DNA of 64,000 nucleotides from Candidatus Anderseniibacteriota bacterium (GTDB taxonomy: Bacteria; Patescibacteriota; Andersenbacteria; UBA10190): assembly GCA_016197005.1 (NCBI GenBank), contig JACPWO010000002.1, positions 8,483 through 72,482 on the forward strand, given 5' to 3'. This document shows, piece by piece, positions 57,907 to 64,000 of this stretch. The notes under the pieces were generated by a model, which did not search any database, was not told the DNA's origin, and worked only from the letters and a program-made list of their open reading frames with translations. The stretch's first letter is position 1; every line of letters starts with the position of its first letter. Position numbers and translations under genes: made by a program.

Positions 57907-59418
57907 ATGAAGTACACTATCGCTGTTCCTGAGTATGCTCCGCCCGAAGAAGGTACCAACGCACCTTTTTCTGACATACCCCTTCGTTACTCCTCCCACC
58001 GCCTTTTTTCTAAATGGCAATTACTCGCTCTTGGTGTGATAGGTGTCGCAATTGCTATTAGTCTCGTGAGCGCCTTCACCCTTACGCTTAAAGTTGGTAT
58101 TTCTCTTTTATCGCTAGTGTATTTGCTTGATCTTCTCTTTGGCTTTTTCCTCATTTACCGTGCTTTACGGAAGGATCCAGAATTACATATCTCCGCTGAG
58201 CAAATGACTCGCCTGAAAAATAAAAAACTCCCCCTCTACACTATTTTGTGCCCGCTCTTTGGGGAAGCGAAAGTGGTACCGCAGTTTATAAAGGCTATTC
58301 AGGATCTTGATTATCCAAAGGAAAAGCTTCAAGTTATTCTTCTTCTGGAAGAAGAAGACGATGAAACAATTGCCGCTGTAAAAAATAGTTCACTGCCGCG
58401 TCACTTTGAAGTCATTGTTGTTCCGAGCGGACAGCCACAAACAAAACCCAGAGCTTGTAATGTGGGGTTGCTACAAGCTCGAGGTAAGTACGTTGTTATT
58501 TACGATGCGGAGGACATCCCTGATCCTGACCAACTCAAGAAAGCTGTAGTCGCATTCAGCCATCTGCCAAAAGAAGTGATATGTATTCAGGCGAAATTAG
58601 ATTTCTATAATCGCAGCCATAATCTCATTACCCGCCTTTTTACGGCGGAGTATGCGTTGCTCTTTAATTTAACGCTCCTGGGATTGCAATCTATTAATGG
58701 CCCAATTCCGCTCGGAGGTACTTCCAACCATTTCCGGACCTTTGCCCTGCGTCGAATTGGTGGCTGGGATCCTTTTAATGTGACAGAAGATTGTGATCTG
58801 GGAATTCGTTTGTTTACACAGGGGTATCGCACAGCGATTATCGACTCAACCACTCTTGAAGAAGCCAATAGCCAACTCCTTAATTGGATTCGACAACGGT
58901 CACGTTGGATTAAGGGGTATTTTCAAACACTCATTGTTCACACACGCACTCCGCAGCATTTCTTTCGTTCTTTCCGAACGATTCCACACTTAGCAACTTT
59001 TTTGCTAGTAGTTGGTGGTAAAACCATCGCAGTTGTTGTAAATCCTTTTCTGTGGGCACTTACCCTCGTATATTTTCTTGGACCAGAAGAATTTCAGTTA
59101 TTTGTAAAGTCTTTGTACTTAGCTCCGATCTTTTATATTGCCGCCGCTACTTGGATAGCGGGAAATATACTCAATGTACTGTATTACCTCTTGGGAGTAC
59201 TTCAGCGCGGGTACCCTGAACTGGTAAAGTTTTTTCCATTAGTTCCTTTGTATTGGCTCATGATGAGCGTTGCCGCTAGTAAAGCTTTTTACCAACTCCT
59301 GGTGAAACCACATTTCTGGGAAAAAACTATTCACGGATTTCATTTGGAAGATCAGACAAAAGTTCGGTGGCGTTTTTTGCCGGAACGAAGATATGAAAAA
59401 GAAGCTAATTCACTCTAA
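57907..59418 (+). CDS. GT2 membrane glycosyltransferase (cellulose-synthase-like)
   Basis: TKPRACN, YDAED, LGGTSNHF, VTEDCDLG, QRSRW. Confidence 0.93.
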   Translation: MKYTIAVPEYAPPEEGTNAPFSDIPLRYSSHRLFSKWQLLALGVIGVAIAISLVSAFTLTLKVGISLLSLVYLLDLLFGFFLIYRALRKDPELHISAEQMTRLKNKKLPLYTILCPLFGEAKVVPQFIKAIQDLDYPKEKLQVILLLEEEDDETIAAVKNSSLPRHFEVIVVPSGQPQTKPRACNVGLLQARGKYVVIYDAEDIPDPDQLKKAVVAFSHLPKEVICIQAKLDFYNRSHNLITRLFTAEYALLFNLTLLGLQSINGPIPLGGTSNHFRTFALRRIGGWDPFNVTEDCDLGIRLFTQGYRTAIIDSTTLEEANSQLLNWIRQRSRWIKGYFQTLIVHTRTPQHFFRSFRTIPHLATFLLVVGGKTIAVVVNPFLWALTLVYFLGPEEFQLFVKSLYLAPIFYIAAATWIAGNILNVLYYLLGVLQRGYPELVKFFPLVPLYWLMMSVAASKAFYQLLVKPHFWEKTIHGFHLEDQTKVRWRFLPERRYEKEANSL

Positions 59419-61009
59419 GGATTGGGGAGTTTACCTGGTTGCCAGCATTGCTGTAGTGGCAGTACTAGTAGCTGACGGGTGGTCATATAACCACAATCTT
59501 ATTGTTGGGTATGGCGATTCCGCTTCTCATCTTGTAATCAGCCGTCGCGTTATTGACAATCTAACACCAGGGCTCGGTCAGTTGGGGAGCTCCTGGCTGC
59601 CGGCTCTGCACGTTCTCATGTTGCCCTTTATATGGAATGATTTTTTGTGGCATACCGGTTTAGCAGGAACAATCGTCAGTAACCTGGCCTATATTGGGGC
59701 TGCTATCTATGGCTATCGCTTGGTGCGAATGTTCATTGACTCGAAGAGCTGGGCGCTTGCTGTTGTCATATCTCTTTTTGCTAACCCAAATCTTTTGTAC
59801 ATGTCGACTACCGCCATGAATGAAGCACTATATGTTTTCTCTGTTCTCGGATCAACAGTTCATTTGCTTAAATGGTCTCGTAAGCCTAAGCAATATCTCC
59901 ATCTTTTAATAGCAGCTTTACTTGCATTCTTAACGGCGTTCAATCGCTACGAAGGATGGTTTCTTGTTATCGGGCAAGCAGTAGTCGTGTATGCAGTTGG
60001 TTGGAAACAACTGGGGAAGCGCTACGGTTTTGCAGGAGCAATCGTATTTGCCTATATTGCGTGGCTAGCACCAGTGCTTTGGCTAGGTTGGAATCTCCTT
60101 ATTTTTAGTGATCCACTGGAATTTTTACACAATGAATATACCTCTCGTGCTCAACAATCAGAACTAGAGGCACTGGGGCAACTACCGACGAAAGGAAACA
60201 TCCTGGTGGCCGCTCAGTATTATTACGCTGCTATGACAAATGTGCTCGGCCGGATATCTACTATATCGTTGCTCATGTTGGTTGTGCTCAGTCCACTTCT
60301 TGTGGTGTTGCTAAGGCGTCGTTTCCAAAAAGAAGATTCTTATAGCGACTTACTTATTGGATATGCGCTGCTGATACCAGGAATATTTCTTGTCTACACA
60401 TTATTCTCCGGTGTGACGGCACTCCATCTGCCTGATCTTGTGCCGTTTCGAATGTACAACATCCGGTACGCTCTATTCGTTTTCCCAGCCTTAGTTTTTT
60501 TCGCTGCTTACGGCATTCACCTGGCATATAAAATATGGAGGCCACTCGCTGTAGTCTGTACCCTGATTATTATCCTTGGCATGACTCTTACCTGGACTAT
60601 TCCGGCATTAGTGCTAGAAGAAGGCAAGGAAAATGCTCGTAGTAGAACACAAAGCATCCTCGCTGCTGCGGCGCTTCGCAGTCAATACGATGGGGGAAAG
60701 ATTCTCCTCGATAGCCGAGCTCCGTTACTAGAAGCAGCTGGAGTAGGAGCGGGTAATACTATCATGTGGCAATCTCAATTACCGCTGAAATCCTTTATCC
60801 ATGAAGGTACCCAAGAAATATGGGAACGTGCTTTGGCAAACCCGGCTTCTGAGGCGCACTGGATGATTCTGCGAAACTCGCCAGGAGTAATTGAAAGCAA
60901 CGATACCGTAGCAGCTAAAGTTTTAGATAGTGAACAGATTCTATCGCAGTACGATCTGGCATATAAGGATGGTGCGTTAGAAATATATCGCCTAAAGAAA
61001 AGCTACTAG
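59393..61009 (+). CDS. GT-C fold (ArnT/PMT-like) membrane glycosyltransferase
   Basis: YGD..SHL..SRR..D, W LP, E, RYEGW, RY motifs; many TMs. Confidence 0.85.
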   Translation: MKKKLIHSKDWGVYLVASIAVVAVLVADGWSYNHNLIVGYGDSASHLVISRRVIDNLTPGLGQLGSSWLPALHVLMLPFIWNDFLWHTGLAGTIVSNLAYIGAAIYGYRLVRMFIDSKSWALAVVISLFANPNLLYMSTTAMNEALYVFSVLGSTVHLLKWSRKPKQYLHLLIAALLAFLTAFNRYEGWFLVIGQAVVVYAVGWKQLGKRYGFAGAIVFAYIAWLAPVLWLGWNLLIFSDPLEFLHNEYTSRAQQSELEALGQLPTKGNILVAAQYYYAAMTNVLGRISTISLLMLVVLSPLLVVLLRRRFQKEDSYSDLLIGYALLIPGIFLVYTLFSGVTALHLPDLVPFRMYNIRYALFVFPALVFFAAYGIHLAYKIWRPLAVVCTLIIILGMTLTWTIPALVLEEGKENARSRTQSILAAAALRSQYDGGKILLDSRAPLLEAAGVGAGNTIMWQSQLPLKSFIHEGTQEIWERALANPASEAHWMILRNSPGVIESNDTVAAKVLDSEQILSQYDLAYKDGALEIYRLKKSY

Positions 61010-61050
61010 GCGATTATTGATTATAGTTATGGGTGGAAAAAGCGTTAATA

Positions 61051-61084
61051 CAAAACGACAGAGGGGTTGCCTCTGCCGTCTTTG
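61051..61084. terminator. Terminator between convergent genes
   Basis: CAAAACGACAGAGG-GGTTG-CCTCTGCCGTCTTTG. Confidence 0.6.
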
Positions 61085-61103
61085 CTCTACTGAGCCTTAA
61101 GCC

Positions 61104-62345
61104 CTATTCGCAAATTCCATTTGGTAGATCAGTATTACAGTCGTTATCGTCCCAGATATTGGCTGTTCCGGCAGTACCGGCGCCAAGTGAATTGTCATGA
61201 GCATCATGCTCACCGCTGTTGCGGACGAAGTTCTTAAGTATAGTGTTACCACTGGTCACTGCACCTAAGAGAATTCCGTCTTTGGTAACATTGCGAATCT
61301 CGTTTCGAGACAGGTTAGCTTCACCTGTTCCGACTGAATCGTCTCGGACATCGATTCCGTCGTTACCGAGAGTGCGCAAGATGTTCCTTTCGATTAAGAC
61401 ATCTGTACTCGGAATACTGACGAGGTTAGCAAGAATGATACCCGTCCATGATCGGTCCCGAATTTCATTACGAGAAATTGTTACGTTGTGATCATCGCCG
61501 GCGAGGAAGATTGCTCCGCCATCGACATTTGGATCATTGATACCCCGAGCAATGTTTCGGCTAATATCGGCATTATTCGTGTGGTAGAGATTTACCATGT
61601 TTACGTCTCGAATTGATTCATTTCGTTCGTACGTAATATTGCTGTTGTTTGGTTGAGCGGGAGCACCTTTCGTTAGGGTAAAGGCTGAGTTGCCGTGAAG
61701 ATTGGATTTGTTTCGTTCAATCATCGCGTTCTTTAAGCCTTGATCAGAGTAGATAGCATTACCATTGGCAGCTCCTGTCTGGTTGTTGTTATCAAAGAAG
61801 TTACGACCTACTGTGGTTTTGTTAGTTCCGGAGCCATGTAGGTAGAGACCGAAGACGTTGTTACGAATAATATTATTTTCAATCTTGTAGCCGGAGAAGG
61901 TTGGGCCAGTCTGTACGCCTGGGCCACTAGCATTATTTTGAATGATGAAGCCGTCGAGCGTAACATCATTTGCTTGGAGATTGAAACTGCCGTTTACTAC
62001 CGACTCTTTGGCAATAGCAACATTTCGAGTAGTTGCGTCCCTGCTTTCTTGGGCGCCTTCAATAGTTAGCTTTTTTGATACTGAAACATTCTCGGTGTAA
62101 GTGCCGGGTGCTACGGTTACTTTTTGACCAGTGCTCGCATGATCTACTGCGGCCTGGATGGTATTACATTTATTGGCATTACTGCCACAGCCACCACCAT
62201 CTGGATTGGGGTCTGAGTCATCAACTTGTACGGTACTGCCACTATGATTCGCGCTGGCGGCCAGTGGCATCAGGGCAACGGCACACATGAGTGCGGCTGC
62301 TAAAATAATCGCCGTTCGCGATGGTAACGTTTGAATATTCGTCAT
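61104..62345 (-). CDS. Secreted right-handed parallel beta-helix protein (NosD/pectin lyase-like)
   Basis: Signal peptide, TIQAAVD...VAPGTYTENV, Asn-rich I..N.I.NN repeats. Confidence 0.88.
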   Translation of the reverse strand: MTNIQTLPSRTAIILAAALMCAVALMPLAASANHSGSTVQVDDSDPNPDGGGCGSNANKCNTIQAAVDHASTGQKVTVAPGTYTENVSVSKKLTIEGAQESRDATTRNVAIAKESVVNGSFNLQANDVTLDGFIIQNNASGPGVQTGPTFSGYKIENNIIRNNVFGLYLHGSGTNKTTVGRNFFDNNNQTGAANGNAIYSDQGLKNAMIERNKSNLHGNSAFTLTKGAPAQPNNSNITYERNESIRDVNMVNLYHTNNADISRNIARGINDPNVDGGAIFLAGDDHNVTISRNEIRDRSWTGIILANLVSIPSTDVLIERNILRTLGNDGIDVRDDSVGTGEANLSRNEIRNVTKDGILLGAVTSGNTILKNFVRNSGEHDAHDNSLGAGTAGTANIWDDNDCNTDLPNGICE

Positions 62346-62549
62346 GAAGTTAGATGTTATGGATAAATAATATGATCTTCCAACTATACGGAGCTTCACT
62401 GGCATTGCTATGGAAGTTTTCCCCGGACTCTTTTCTTAGGGGGCATCAAGGCATAATCTGCGGACGGAGATTACAAATTTTTGCTCTTGACTGTCTAGGA
62501 TGAGATATAATCATATAACTATAGCCTCTAATTTCTAAAAAACTACCAT

Positions 62550-63062
62550 ATGAATAAAAATGTCATTATCGGAATTATCGTCGTTCTTGTTCTCATCGTG
62601 GCCGTATGGGCCTTTGCGAATAGAGGAGACGAAGTAGATACAGATAGTGAATCTGGCACCGAGCAAATGACAACCGAAGAATACGACATGGATATGATGG
62701 GCGATGCTTCTTTAGAAGGAGACATTATTGAAACCACTCCAATTGAAAGTCCCGTCACTTCACCAACAGGTGTAACTCAAGGAACATTGAAAGAATTTGC
62801 TGTATCAGCAGTAAACTTTAAATTCACTCCCGCTGAAATGCAGGTAACCCAAGGAGATACGGTGCGTATTGTTCTCACAAATAATGGCAGCATGCCGCAT
62901 GATTGGAGACTTGATGAGTTTAGTGCCGCGACCAAGGTCATACAGCCCGGGCAGTCTGATACAGTTGAATTTGTAGCTGGTGAAGCCGGAACATTTGAAT
63001 ATTACTGCTCAGTTGGTCAGCATCGTCAACTTGGTATGGTGGGTAAGCTCATTGTTGAATAG
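62550..63062 (+). CDS. Membrane-anchored cupredoxin (plastocyanin/azurin-like)
   Basis: PHDW...YYCSVGQHRQLGMVG type-1 copper ligands. Confidence 0.92.
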   Translation: MNKNVIIGIIVVLVLIVAVWAFANRGDEVDTDSESGTEQMTTEEYDMDMMGDASLEGDIIETTPIESPVTSPTGVTQGTLKEFAVSAVNFKFTPAEMQVTQGDTVRIVLTNNGSMPHDWRLDEFSAATKVIQPGQSDTVEFVAGEAGTFEYYCSVGQHRQLGMVGKLIVE

Positions 63063-63095
63063 GTACCGCTGCCCTAGGAGGAGCGGGGTAGACTA

Positions 63096-64000
63096 ATGTC
63101 TATGAATATTGTTGCCCGGCTCCTAAACAAGCTAACAATGTATCGACTGATGCTCTATTGTATGGGCATCTTGGTAGGTGCAGCCATAATCCTGAGCATC
63201 CTAGACATACTTCCATATAGTCCGAGCGCTATTAGCTTACAAACAGTCGCTTTTGTTTTGGTGTGTTGGGGGATAAATGAGATTATCGCGCGAGTATTAA
63301 AAATTCAACCGAACGGAGAGTCATCGGTTATTACGGCGCTAATTCTTACCAGTATTGTCGGTCCGCTTTCTCTGCCGGAGCAATGGCCTATATTGATAAT
63401 AACGGCCGGAGCGGCGATTACATCCAAGTATGTTTTTGCTTGGCGTCGTAGTCATATCTTTAACCCCACTGCATTTGGGGTTCTCGCCTCGGCACTGGCT
63501 TTGGGGTATCCGGCTAGCTGGTGGATAGGTAGTCAACCACTTGTTCCCGTGATACTCGCAGGTGGAGTGCTCGTTCTTTGGAAAATTAGGCGCTGGCATC
63601 TCATCGGTAGTTTTTTGCTTACATATCTAGGTCTTCTCGTCATTGACGGCTTTTTTGTTCAGAGTCGTAGCTTATCTGAGATGATGTTCCTTATCCAGAG
63701 CCTTCTTACCTCGGCCGCTCTTCTCTTTTTCGTGTTCGTGATGTTGGTTGAACCATTAACTGCTCCGCAAACACGCTCGCGGCGGATCGCCTTCGGAGTT
63801 GTGGTCGGTGGCGTTCTTTTTTTACTGCAGCGAACATTGGTTCACATTCCTTACTCTCTTGAACTCGCACTTCTCATTGGAAACATTTTTGCTCGGATTG
63901 TAAACCCGGATTTTCGACAAGTATTCCGTCTCCAACGCAAGGAACTTTTTTCGTCTTCAATTGAAAACTTTTGGTTTCAACCGACTCGTCCGTTCGCGTT
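63096..64000 (+). CDS. RnfD/NqrB-like membrane domain, probably fused to a ferredoxin-NADP reductase domain (runs off window)
   Basis: MSMNIVARLLNKLTMYRLM...ESSVITALIL...SKY...HIFNP...MLVEPLTAP...ELALLIGNIF; no stop before window end. Confidence 0.8.
   Translation, partial: MSMNIVARLLNKLTMYRLMLYCMGILVGAAIILSILDILPYSPSAISLQTVAFVLVCWGINEIIARVLKIQPNGESSVITALILTSIVGPLSLPEQWPILIITAGAAITSKYVFAWRRSHIFNPTAFGVLASALALGYPASWWIGSQPLVPVILAGGVLVLWKIRRWHLIGSFLLTYLGLLVIDGFFVQSRSLSEMMFLIQSLLTSAALLFFVFVMLVEPLTAPQTRSRRIAFGVVVGGVLFLLQRTLVHIPYSLELALLIGNIFARIVNPDFRQVFRLQRKELFSSSIENFWFQPTRPFA

Noticed and set aside
1-64000. Genetic code 25 (TGA = Gly)
   Set aside because: Well-recognised genes end at TGA at their expected lengths (for example copA and the SHOCT protein) and long ORFs are intact in code 11.

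Overview
64 kb bacterial accessory region with no rRNA, tRNA or CRISPR array. Gene content (stand-alone SWIB, DUF5652, DUF5666, DUF4342, RnfD-like/FNR fusion, a repeated surface domain) points to a Patescibacteria/CPR genome (inference). It holds a copper-homeostasis operon, a possible 6S-like RNA, a wHTH / SF1 helicase-nuclease / WYL / PD-(D/E)XK operon, a two-component system with a MacAB-type exporter, an EVE-like restriction nuclease, two DrrAB-type ABC exporters, many small VOC/SRPBCC-type genes and two glycosyltransferases. Main observation: between about 10 and 33 kb, eight intergenic sites (plus weaker ones at 2.2, 22.4 and 30.8 kb) carry a degenerate ~30 bp motif, all in the same orientation. 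Read on the minus strand it starts TTGCTC and translates as start-less peptides [LW]L-x-x-[IVL]-[DEN]-x-[VF]-R-T. These look like displaced recombinase C-termini (att scars) and cut the region into gene cassettes, several with a single gene, resembling an integron-like accretion array. Second observation: an A9 slippery run appears to fuse the helicase-nuclease to a Zn-ribbon-WYL module by a -1 frameshift. All family calls come from motif recognition by eye; no searches were run.
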